64,000 nucleotides of DNA from assembly GCA_043754535.1 (NCBI GenBank), contig JAYUUN010000128.1, forward strand, positions 45,100 through 109,099, read 5' to 3'. This stretch comes from Chloroflexota bacterium. GTDB lineage: Bacteria > Chloroflexota > Chloroflexia > QHBQ01. This document shows, piece after piece, positions 37,355 through 45,249 of this stretch (its first letter is position 1; each line of letters opens with the position of its first letter). A program made the translations under genes and the position numbers. Below the pieces are notes generated by a model. It was not told where the DNA came from. It did no database searches and saw only the letters and a list, made by a program, of their open reading frames with translations.

Positions 37355-37924
37355 TCAAAACTTGCCAGCTACAAAGTTCCGCAGCAGGTCTTTGCCCACC
37401 AGCGTCAGGATGCTCTCTGGGTGGAACTGCACGCCAATCAGGTTGCGGTGCTGCTTGTGCTGCACGGCCATGATCGTGCCGTCTGCCACCCAGGCGGTCA
37501 CTGCCAGGGCGGCAGGCGCGGGTGGCTGGATGCAGAGCGAGTGGTAGCGAGTGGCAGTGAAGGGGTTGGGCAGCCCCGCGAAGATGCCACCGCCGTCGTG
37601 GATGATCTCAGCGGTCTTGCCGTGCATAAGCTGGCCTGCCCGCACGATCTGGCCGCCGAACACCTGCCCGATGCACTGCAAGCCGAGGCAGACACCGAGG
37701 ATCGGCAGCTTGCCTGCATAGCGTTCGATCAGCGCGTTGCTCACCCCCGCTTCGTTTGGCGTGCCAGGGCCGGGGGAAATCACCACAGCCTGCGGCTTCA
37801 TGGCGGCCACTTCACCCACCGCGATCCTGTCGTTGCGCCGCACCTCTACTTCGGCCCCCAGTTCGCAGAGGTACTGGTAGAGGTTGTAGGTGAAGCTATC
37901 ATAGTTGTCGACCAGTAGGATCAT
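37355..37924 (-). CDS. trpG: anthranilate synthase component II (glutamine amidotransferase)
   Basis: MILLVDNYDSFTYNL, catalytic GVCLGLQ, and QFHPES. Confidence 0.95.
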   Translation of the reverse strand: MILLVDNYDSFTYNLYQYLCELGAEVEVRRNDRIAVGEVAAMKPQAVVISPGPGTPNEAGVSNALIERYAGKLPILGVCLGLQCIGQVFGGQIVRAGQLMHGKTAEIIHDGGGIFAGLPNPFTATRYHSLCIQPPAPAALAVTAWVADGTIMAVQHKQHRNLIGVQFHPESILTLVGKDLLRNFVAGKF

Positions 37925-37966
37925 AAACTTGCTCTCTCCCGAATCCTCTCCCCTAAGGGAAAGGAT

Positions 37967-39514
37967 TTATAGCTGTTCTGCCATTGCCAGAGCGCGCAGC
38001 ACGCCTTCCAGCTTGCTCTCGGTCTCGCGGTACTCGCTGGTGGGGTCGCTGTCGGCGACGATGCCCGCTCCCGCCTGCACCGCCGCTTTGCCCTCGGCCA
38101 GCACTACGGTGCGGATCGTAATGCAGGTATCGAGATTGCCGTCATACCCGATGTAGCCGACTGCGCCACCGTACGGCCCGCGCTGCTGACCTTCGAGTTC
38201 AGCGATGATCTGCATCGCCCGTATCTTTGGCGCGCCAGTGAGAGTGCCAGCCGGGAAGCAAGCGCGCAACGCGTCAACCCCACTCAATTCTGGCTTCAAG
38301 CGGCCCTGTACTTCGCTGACGATGTGCATTACGTGGCTGTACTGCTCCACCTCCATCAGGCGGCTGACTCGCACGCTGCCAGGCACTGCCACACGGCCAA
38401 TGTCGTTGCGGCTGAGGTCAACCAGCATGATGTGTTCGGCGCACTCCTTGGGGTCAGCCAATAGTTCGGCGGCCAGGTACGCGTCCTGCGCCTCGTTCGC
38501 CCCTCGTGGCCTGGTGCCAGCAATAGGGTGGCTGGTGATCGTACCATCCTGCACCCGCACCAGCATCTCTGGCGAAGCCCCGACGATAGCCGCCGCGCCC
38601 AGTTGCAGCAGGTACATATAGGGGGAGGGGTTGATCGCCCGCATTGCGCGGTAGACGTTGAGCGGCGATCCCGTGAACTCGCGTACCAGCCGACGCGAGG
38701 GAACAACCTGGAAGATGTCGCCAGCGCGGATGTACTCCTTCGCCCGCTCCACGTAGCTCTCATAAGTTAGCTGGTCTGCACTTTCCACCCCCCCTGCTGC
38801 GGCCTGCTGGCGGGCGGCGGGGGCAGGGGTGGCAGCCAGGTTGCCGGTTAGCTGTGCCAGCAGGCTGTCTATCCTCCTGCTGGTCGCTTCGTACAAAGAG
38901 GATATGTCGCTGTCCGCCTCGAGGGTGAGGTGGCTGATCACCTGGATGCGCTGGCGCACGTGGTCGAAGGCGATCACCTCGTCGGCGAACATGAAGGCAG
39001 CCTCTGGCAGGTGCGTGCCAAGCGGGTGCAGCGTAGTCGGGCTGACTAGCTGCTCAAAGTAGCCAACCGCCTCGTAACCGAGGAAGCCGACTGCGCCGCC
39101 AGCAAAACGCGGCAGGCGCAAGCCGTCGGCAATGAGGAGCTTGTACTCACCCATCACCTGCTGGATTGCAGTTAGGGGGTCGCTGAATGGCTGCTCTGCG
39201 GTCGAACAGTAGCTATTACTAACAGCATCAAAGCTGATCGTGGTCGCCAGCCCCTTGTTGAGGTAAAGCACAGTGCGCGGGTTGCTGCCAATGAAGCTGT
39301 AGCGACCAACCCGCTCACCCCCCTCTACGCTCTCTAGCAGGAAGGCGTACTGGCTGTCGCTAGCGACGCGCAGGTAGGCAGCCACCGGGGTGAGCAGGTC
39401 GGCCAATATCTCGCGGCAGACTGGCACCCGCAGCTTGCCGCCGCCTGCTTCGGCAACCATCATCTCTACTTGTTCGCGGTCTGGATAGTGCATCATTGTC
39501 TCCCCACTATGCAT
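37967..39514 (-). CDS. trpE: anthranilate synthase component I
   Basis: Chorismate-binding domain with LLESVEGG, GAPKIRAMQII and GGAVGY motifs. The start is ATG 39514 or ATG 39496. Confidence 0.95.
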   Translation of the reverse strand: MHSGETMMHYPDREQVEMMVAEAGGGKLRVPVCREILADLLTPVAAYLRVASDSQYAFLLESVEGGERVGRYSFIGSNPRTVLYLNKGLATTISFDAVSNSYCSTAEQPFSDPLTAIQQVMGEYKLLIADGLRLPRFAGGAVGFLGYEAVGYFEQLVSPTTLHPLGTHLPEAAFMFADEVIAFDHVRQRIQVISHLTLEADSDISSLYEATSRRIDSLLAQLTGNLAATPAPAARQQAAAGGVESADQLTYESYVERAKEYIRAGDIFQVVPSRRLVREFTGSPLNVYRAMRAINPSPYMYLLQLGAAAIVGASPEMLVRVQDGTITSHPIAGTRPRGANEAQDAYLAAELLADPKECAEHIMLVDLSRNDIGRVAVPGSVRVSRLMEVEQYSHVMHIVSEVQGRLKPELSGVDALRACFPAGTLTGAPKIRAMQIIAELEGQQRGPYGGAVGYIGYDGNLDTCITIRTVVLAEGKAAVQAGAGIVADSDPTSEYRETESKLEGVLRALAMAEQL

Positions 39515-39572
39515 TCAGCCTGAACCAACTGCCACCCAGCTTGCTCTCCTGTGTAGGGCGCGGGTTCCCTGC

Positions 39573-40820
39573 TCATCTGACCGGGGGCAAGGCGGCCAGA
39601 TAGCGATCTACTTCTTCGAGCGTGTTGTAATGCACCATGCTAGCCCGCATCGCGCCGCTGCCAAACTCCTCAGCGTGCCGCTTAAAATAGCGGGGTGAAT
39701 AGTAGTTGCCCACGCGCCCCTCATAGCCAGCGTCAGCTATCGTCTGCGCGATCTGCTCTGGGCGGTAGCCGTGCAGGTTGAAGGCAACTACCGACGTGCG
39801 CTGGGCCAGTGCCAACGGGCCGTAAACCTCTGCGTCGCCCCGCGCTTGCAAGCCAGCCAGGAAGCGGGCGGCGAGTAGCTGCTCATACTGCACGATAGCG
39901 TTCATCGCGGCCAGGTAGCAGGCGCGGTTGCTGCCATCGTCGGTCAACTTTGCACCGAGGTCGCGCAGGTACTCTAGCGTGCCAAGCAGACCGGCGATCC
40001 CCTCAAAGTTCTGCGTACCAGCCTCAAAGCGCACAGGGCGGTCGAACTTGCTGGCCTCCGAGTTGTAGGGGATGCCGCGTAGTTCGTCTTGCGCCGCCCG
40101 CTTCGCCCAGAAGAAGCCCATGTGAGGGGAGAACATCTTGTAGGCACTGAACACCGCTACGTCCACCCCGCTCGTCTTGAGGTTGATCGGGCCATGGGCA
40201 GTGCGCTGCACGCCGTCTACAAAGAGCATCGCGCCATGCCGCTGGCTGATCTCACCGAGGGCGGCCAAGTCGCGGACACAGCCGTTCGCGTTGCTAACCC
40301 AGCCCGCAGTGACCAGGGCCGCCCCCTGTATCTTCTCCTCCAACTCCGCCAGGTCGTAGCTGCCGTCGCGTTGGACATAGACCATCCTCAGGTCGAAGCC
40401 GTCGCGCTTGAGGTCGAGCCAGGTGGCTACGTTCGCGTCGTGGTCGCCCTCCATAGTCACAATCACCGAACCTGCTGGCAGGTGACGAGCGAAGGCGCGG
40501 CTAAAGAGGAAGGTAAGGTTGGTCGCGTTCAGGCCAAAGCCGACCTCCTCCCAAGACTCGCCGCCGAGCAAGGTGCAGACCTCCGCCCGCGCCGCCTGCA
40601 CCATCGCGCTAAGGCGTGCCTGCCGCTGGAAGGGCGCACCCTTGCCTGCGTTCATCGTTGCGTAGTAGCGCGAGATTGCCGCAATAGTCTGCTCCGGCAC
40701 CTGCGCCCCCGCCGAGTTGTCGAATAGGATGCTACCACCCAGGTTCTCTGGGCGCAGGGCGGGGAACTGCTCGCGCTGACCCGCAAATAGCTTGATCAAT
40801 AGTTCGTCGTTCAACTGCAT
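39573..40820 (-). CDS. class-V aminotransferase-fold PLP enzyme (cysteine desulfurase-like family), first gene of the T-box trp operon
   Basis: PLP-lysine context FSAYKMFSPHMGFFW. Length 415 aa with a fold-type I/class V layout. GGAGG RBS before ATG 40820. Confidence 0.75.
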   Translation of the reverse strand: MQLNDELLIKLFAGQREQFPALRPENLGGSILFDNSAGAQVPEQTIAAISRYYATMNAGKGAPFQRQARLSAMVQAARAEVCTLLGGESWEEVGFGLNATNLTFLFSRAFARHLPAGSVIVTMEGDHDANVATWLDLKRDGFDLRMVYVQRDGSYDLAELEEKIQGAALVTAGWVSNANGCVRDLAALGEISQRHGAMLFVDGVQRTAHGPINLKTSGVDVAVFSAYKMFSPHMGFFWAKRAAQDELRGIPYNSEASKFDRPVRFEAGTQNFEGIAGLLGTLEYLRDLGAKLTDDGSNRACYLAAMNAIVQYEQLLAARFLAGLQARGDAEVYGPLALAQRTSVVAFNLHGYRPEQIAQTIADAGYEGRVGNYYSPRYFKRHAEEFGSGAMRASMVHYNTLEEVDRYLAALPPVR

Positions 40821-41185
40821 ATTCCTCCACCTTGCTCCCCACGTGAGGTGGGTTCGCGCTCAGGGGCAACAAAAAGCCCACGTCCCTAAACGTAAGGGAC
40901 GCGGGCCAATAATGCCTACGTGGTGCCACCCTCGTTGGGCCGCAATGTTGCAGCCCCACTCTGCGAGTACCTAGCCGCCCGAAAATGGTGAGCGTCCGCT
41001 GATACCCCGCGCCCAGATAACGGTGGCGTTTCCGGCGCAGCCTACTTGCAGTCTCCCGCGTTCGGTGCGCGACTCCCGGTGCCATTCACTACCTGCTTGC
41101 GCGCCACCCTCGCACCATGCAGGCGGCTCTCTGGGCGCAGCTTCGACAGTTACTAGTTCCGTTCAAAGTCGTTGCTTCTTCACTT
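40821..41185 (-). promoter_or_regulatory. T-box riboswitch leader (tRNA-Trp sensing inferred)
   Basis: Canonical order on the minus strand. AGAGA box at 41132-41128. GAA-UGG specifier candidate at 41084-41082. F-box CCGUUA at 41023-41018. T-box core GGGUGGCACCACG at 40931-40919. Terminator at 40905-40871. GGAGG RBS, then ATG 40820. Confidence 0.85.
40871..40905 (-). terminator. T-box leader intrinsic terminator
   Basis: On the minus strand: cccgcgtccct-tacgttt-agggacgtggg (11-bp stem with one G-U pair) followed by cttttt. Confidence 0.85.
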
Positions 41186-41191
41186 GAGGCG

Positions 41192-41221
41192 ATTATACAC
41201 CCAACGGTGGTTGGCTGTCAA
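41192..41221 (-). promoter_or_regulatory. consensus sigma-70 promoter of the T-box/trp operon (TTGACA-18 nt-TATAAT)
   Basis: Reverse complement of tgtcaa at 41216-41221 and of attata at 41192-41197. Confidence 0.8.
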
Positions 41222-41222
41222 G

Positions 41223-41251
41223 TTGGATTCGCGCTGCAAGGGTGGTACAAT
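41223..41251 (+). promoter_or_regulatory. divergent promoter (TTGGAT-17 nt-TGgTACAAT) for the ABM-ALDH-oxidase operon
   Basis: TACAAT at 41246-41251 with an extended -10 TG at 41243-41244. TTGGAT at 41223-41228. Confidence 0.6.
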
Positions 41252-41283
41252 AGGAGCAACCCCAAGCCAAGAGGAGCGTGCCA

Positions 41284-41631
41284 ATGTTCGTCATTACCTA
41301 CCGCTACCACCTCGCGCCGGAGCGGGCCGCCGAGATGCTGGCCTTGCAGCAGCAGGCCCTGTCCCTCTACCAGCAGCACGTACCTTGCCGCTTCGTCTTC
41401 TTGCAGAGCCAGAGCGACGCGACAGAATGGCTGGAGCTAACCTGGTTCCCCAGTAAGGAAGCGCACGATGCAACCTCAGCCGTGCTCAGCGGCAGTGAGG
41501 AGCTTCTCAGCATCTACAAACAGTTTAAGGCAATGCTCGATCCCGCTGAACAGAGCATGAACCAGCAGTATTTTGACGCAGCCTGGGTCGCGGGTGAACT
41601 TGACCCCGCCGCACCAGCTAGCAGGAGTTAA
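41284..41631 (+). CDS. small dimeric alpha-beta-barrel (ABM-like) protein
   Basis: 115 aa. The pattern MFVITYRY...WLELTWFPSKEAHDA resembles antibiotic-biosynthesis-monooxygenase-like folds, but the similarity is weak. GAGGAG lies 7 nt before ATG 41284. Confidence 0.5.
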   Translation: MFVITYRYHLAPERAAEMLALQQQALSLYQQHVPCRFVFLQSQSDATEWLELTWFPSKEAHDATSAVLSGSEELLSIYKQFKAMLDPAEQSMNQQYFDAAWVAGELDPAAPASRS

Positions 41632-41634
41632 GCG

Positions 41635-43167
41635 ATGATAACGCTTGAGCAGAAGATTAGCAGCCCAAACGGTCAGCAGCCAGCCAGCGAGCAAGTCGCG
41701 GTGGAGAACCCCGCCACTGGCAAGATTATCGCCCTCCTCCCTGTCACCAACCCCCCAGCGGTGGCTGCCGCCGTGCAACGCGCACGCGCCGCCCAGCCTG
41801 GATGGCAGGCAATGGGCGTGGCGGGGAGGGCGCGGCTGCTACTTGCCTTCCGCAAGGTGGCGATGCGCCACAAGGGACGGATGATCGCTACTATCGTGGC
41901 GGAGAACGGCAAGCCGCGCAATGATGCGCTGATCGAGGTGCTGTACCTGGCCGACACCATCACCTACTACTGCAAGCACGCAGCGAAGTGGCTGGCCGAT
42001 GAGCGAGTCGGCCTGCACCTGCTCAAGACCAAGCGCGCCCTGATCAGCTACCAACCCTTCGGCGTGGTCGGCGTGATCTCGCCCTGGAACTTCCCACTGA
42101 TCCTAAGTGCGGGCGACACCATCCCTGCCCTGCTAGCGGGCAATGCGGTGGTGATCAAGCCCTCGGAGGTCACGCCGCTAGCCGCTATGCTGCTGGTGGA
42201 GTGGGCGCGAGAGGCGGGCTTGCCAGAAAACATCTTGCAGGTGGTCAACGGCTACGCTGAGACAGGGACGGCTTTGGTGGACAATGTAGACCTGATCGCT
42301 TTCACCGGCAGCGTCGCCACCGGGCGGCGGGTGGCAGAGCGCGCCGCCCAACGGCTGATCCCTGCCCTGCTGGAACTGGGCGGCAAAGACCCAATGATCA
42401 TCCTCAAGGATGCTGACCTGGAGAGGGCGGCACGGGCTGCCGTTTATGGCGGGATGAGCAACGCCGGGCAGCTTTGCATCTCTGTCGAGCGCGTCTACGT
42501 CGAAGCCCCGATCTACGACCAGTTTGTGGCGAAGGTGACGGAGCAGGTGCAGAAGTTGCGGGTGGGGGCTGACCCTGACGGCGCATACAATGTGGACATG
42601 GGGCCGCTGACCAATGCCAACCAGCGGGCCATCGTCGAGCGGCAGGTGGCTGACGCACGGGAGCGGGGCGCAACCGTCGTCACTGGCGGCAAGCGAGGGG
42701 CAGGAGCGGGCTACTTCTACGAGCCGACGATCCTGACCAATGTAAGCGACGAGATGCTGGTCATGCAAGAGGAGACCTTTGGTCCGCTGCTGCCGATCAT
42801 CAAGGTAGCTGACGCAGCAGAGGCGATCCGTCGGGCCAACGACTCGCCCTTTGGCCTCAGCAGTTCGCTTTGGACGCGGGATGTGGCAGAGGGCGAGCGG
42901 CTGGCCGGGCAGATCGAGGCTGGTTCAACAGTAGTCAACGACGTGGTGGTTAACTACCTGATCCCAGAGGTGCCTTTTGGCGGGGTGAAGGAGAGCGGCA
43001 TCGGCTACCGCCACGGTGGAGCAGAGAGCCTGCGTCGCTACACCCACCCCCATTCGATTATCGTTGATCGCTTTGGCCTCAAGCGCGAAGCGATCTGGTT
43101 CCCCTACGACAAGCTGACCGCCCGCCTGTTGCGTCGGGTGATGGATCTGCTCTATAGGAGGGGTTGA
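41635..43167 (+). CDS. NAD(P)-dependent aldehyde dehydrogenase
   Basis: FTGSVATGRRV, catalytic-Glu context LELGGKDP, catalytic-Cys context GQLCISVERVYV, and EETFGP. Confidence 0.9.
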   Translation: MITLEQKISSPNGQQPASEQVAVENPATGKIIALLPVTNPPAVAAAVQRARAAQPGWQAMGVAGRARLLLAFRKVAMRHKGRMIATIVAENGKPRNDALIEVLYLADTITYYCKHAAKWLADERVGLHLLKTKRALISYQPFGVVGVISPWNFPLILSAGDTIPALLAGNAVVIKPSEVTPLAAMLLVEWAREAGLPENILQVVNGYAETGTALVDNVDLIAFTGSVATGRRVAERAAQRLIPALLELGGKDPMIILKDADLERAARAAVYGGMSNAGQLCISVERVYVEAPIYDQFVAKVTEQVQKLRVGADPDGAYNVDMGPLTNANQRAIVERQVADARERGATVVTGGKRGAGAGYFYEPTILTNVSDEMLVMQEETFGPLLPIIKVADAAEAIRRANDSPFGLSSSLWTRDVAEGERLAGQIEAGSTVVNDVVVNYLIPEVPFGGVKESGIGYRHGGAESLRRYTHPHSIIVDRFGLKREAIWFPYDKLTARLLRRVMDLLYRRG

Positions 43168-44246
43168 TGGATTTTGAGAACCTGATCGAGCTTGAGCAGT
43201 TGGCCGCCCCACAGATGACCCAAATGGCCTACGACTACGTGAGCGGTGGCGCGGGCGATGAACTGACCTTGCGCGACAATCGGGCGGCCTGGCAGCGTTG
43301 GCAGTTGCGCCCTCGTGTTTTGCGCGACGTTTCGCGGGTCAACCTCGCCACTACCGTCCTGGGGCAGCCAATCCGCTATCCTGTGATCGTCGCCCCTACC
43401 GCCTTCCACCGCCTGGCCCACGATCAGGGCGAGCTAGCCAGCAGCCGAGCAGCAGCGGCAGCCGGGACGATCTTCACCGCCAGCACCGTCTCCACCTATA
43501 AAATCGAGCAGATCGTGGCCCAGGGAGCCAACACCTGGTTCCAACTTTACTGCTACCGCGACGCGGGGGTGACGCGCCAGTTGGTCGAGCGGGCGACCGC
43601 TGGGGGCTGCACTGCGCTGGTGATCACTGCCGACACCCCCTACGTCGGGCGGCGCGAACGTGATGTGCGTAACGGCTTTATTCTGCCAGCCGGGGTGGAG
43701 ATGATGAACCTGCAAGATGTGAGTCTGGAGGATATGCCACGCACAATTAGTGGCTCCTCGCTAGCCACCTACATCGCGGGGCTGTGGAACCCGGCCCTCA
43801 GTTGGCGAGACCTGGCCTGGATTCGTTCACTGACCAACCTGCCCATCTTGATCAAGGGGATCATGACCGCCGAGGACGCACTGATCGCCGTCGAGCATGG
43901 CGTAGCGGGGATCGTAGTCAGCAATCATGGTGGGCGACAGCTTGACGGCGTGCCAGCAACGATTGATGTGCTGGCCGAGGTGGTCACTGCTGTGGCGGGC
44001 CGCGCTGAGGTGCTGCTGGATGGTGGCGTGCGGCGGGGCAGTGACGTGCTGAAGGCACTGGCTCTGGGGGCGAAGGCGGTGCTGGTCGGCAGGCCGATCA
44101 TCTGGGGGCTGGCGGTAGGTGGCGAAGCAGGCGCACTCAGAGTGTTGGAGATGCTCTACAACGAGCTAAACCTTGCTCTCGCCCTGGCTGGGCAGAGCGA
44201 TGTTAACAGCCTGGATGCGAACCTGGTGGTGGCTGCTCGCCACTAA
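43167..44246 (+). CDS. FMN-dependent alpha-hydroxy-acid oxidase/dehydrogenase (lactate/glycolate/mandelate oxidase family)
   Basis: ITADTPYVGRRERD, VVSNHGGRQLD and LDGGVRRGSDVLKALALGA motifs. ATG 43167 overlaps the ALDH stop. Confidence 0.9.
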   Translation: MDFENLIELEQLAAPQMTQMAYDYVSGGAGDELTLRDNRAAWQRWQLRPRVLRDVSRVNLATTVLGQPIRYPVIVAPTAFHRLAHDQGELASSRAAAAAGTIFTASTVSTYKIEQIVAQGANTWFQLYCYRDAGVTRQLVERATAGGCTALVITADTPYVGRRERDVRNGFILPAGVEMMNLQDVSLEDMPRTISGSSLATYIAGLWNPALSWRDLAWIRSLTNLPILIKGIMTAEDALIAVEHGVAGIVVSNHGGRQLDGVPATIDVLAEVVTAVAGRAEVLLDGGVRRGSDVLKALALGAKAVLVGRPIIWGLAVGGEAGALRVLEMLYNELNLALALAGQSDVNSLDANLVVAARH

Positions 44247-44755
44247 AACAACCCTGCGCTGCCACAAGGTTTGCAAGAGAAGGTAGGTTGGCTGGTCGCG
44301 CCTGGCAACCCTGGCTACTATTAGGGATAGACTTTGCAGCGGGGGCAAGGGAGATAGGTTAAGGCTATCAGCGTTGCCCCGCCACATCGTCATGGGAAGA
44401 GGAAGAGGAGGAATCTATCTGTGTTGGCGCGTTGACGCGCTATGGTTGGCTAGTTACTGCTGGCGGCGGGCCGTCGTCGGGATTGCTTGCTTGCCCACCG
44501 CCACAGCTTGGAAAAGAGGAAAGGTAGACAGGTTTGTACCTGCTTGTGCGTGTCCCACGGGAGCCTATCCCACCTGTGTAGCGTTGCTTGGATGTCCGGC
44601 CTCGGCTCTTGTCTGCGTCGTCGCTGTCTCGTTCGCACATTCATATGATACCAGTTTGGGGGCCGGGATCGTATCAAGTGCTTGACAGATGTATGTAAAC
44701 TTCTTGACATTGCGTGTTTGTCCTCTTGCGCGGGGGCTGCGGGGGCTGGTCAGCG

Positions 44756-45019
44756 TTAGCGGGTCGGCGCGAGCCAGCGCATCTGCTCATGGTCGTCGCA
44801 AGCGTTGGCCTGCGGTAGCTTAAGGATGGTCTGCCCAAAGTTCATCACCACGCGACTGCGGTCGTCTTGACGGTTCATCTCGCGGCTGTAGAAGCTAGTT
44901 TGTGCGCGGGACTGCTGCCGCAGGCTGTTGAGGAAGATGTGGATGAAGTTAAGCACGGGGCTGTTCCCTTTCTGCGACATGGTTGCTGTTCCGTTCTGGT
45001 TCCGCGACAGTTGTTGCAC
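44756..45019 (-). CDS. 87-aa hypothetical protein (alternative ATG 44980 gives 74 aa)
   Basis: This is the only ORF in 44.25-45.25 kb without shadow-ORF composition. GTG 45019 lies 5 nt after AGGTGGA. No recognisable motif. Confidence 0.35.
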   Translation of the reverse strand: MQQLSRNQNGTATMSQKGNSPVLNFIHIFLNSLRQQSRAQTSFYSREMNRQDDRSRVVMNFGQTILKLPQANACDDHEQMRWLAPTR

Positions 45020-45199
45020 CGTCGTCCACCTGGGAGTATTCTACCAACTGGGCGGCAAAAGCGGATCGGACGCAGGCTGTATCCCTCTCCACACCATAGT
45101 TGGCTCGCTTCTAGTCCTGAAGATGTAGGGAGCCAGGGCAAACAGCCGCACAACCGCGAACAGCCACGAAGATGTGCGCTTCCCCTGGCAGCCATGATG

Positions 45200-45208
45200 T
45201 GCTACAAT
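45200..45208 (+). promoter_or_regulatory. extended -10 promoter element (TGcTACAAT)
   Basis: tgctacaat at 45200-45208, 42 nt upstream of ATG 45250. Confidence 0.5.
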
Positions 45209-45249
45209 GTGGCAGACGGATAGCAGCAGAGGTGATGAGAGGATGCAAG

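Noticed and set aside
41080-41086. Alternative reading of the T-box specifier as GGC (Gly) followed by the usual purine A, within GAAUGGCA
   Set aside because: Three things favour UGG. GAA immediately precedes UGG, as in typical specifier loops. The UGGC bulge implies a G73 discriminator, as in tRNA-Trp, whereas tRNA-Gly has U73. The regulated genes are trp genes. The nucleotide after UGG is C rather than the usual purine, so a covariance-model alignment is still needed.
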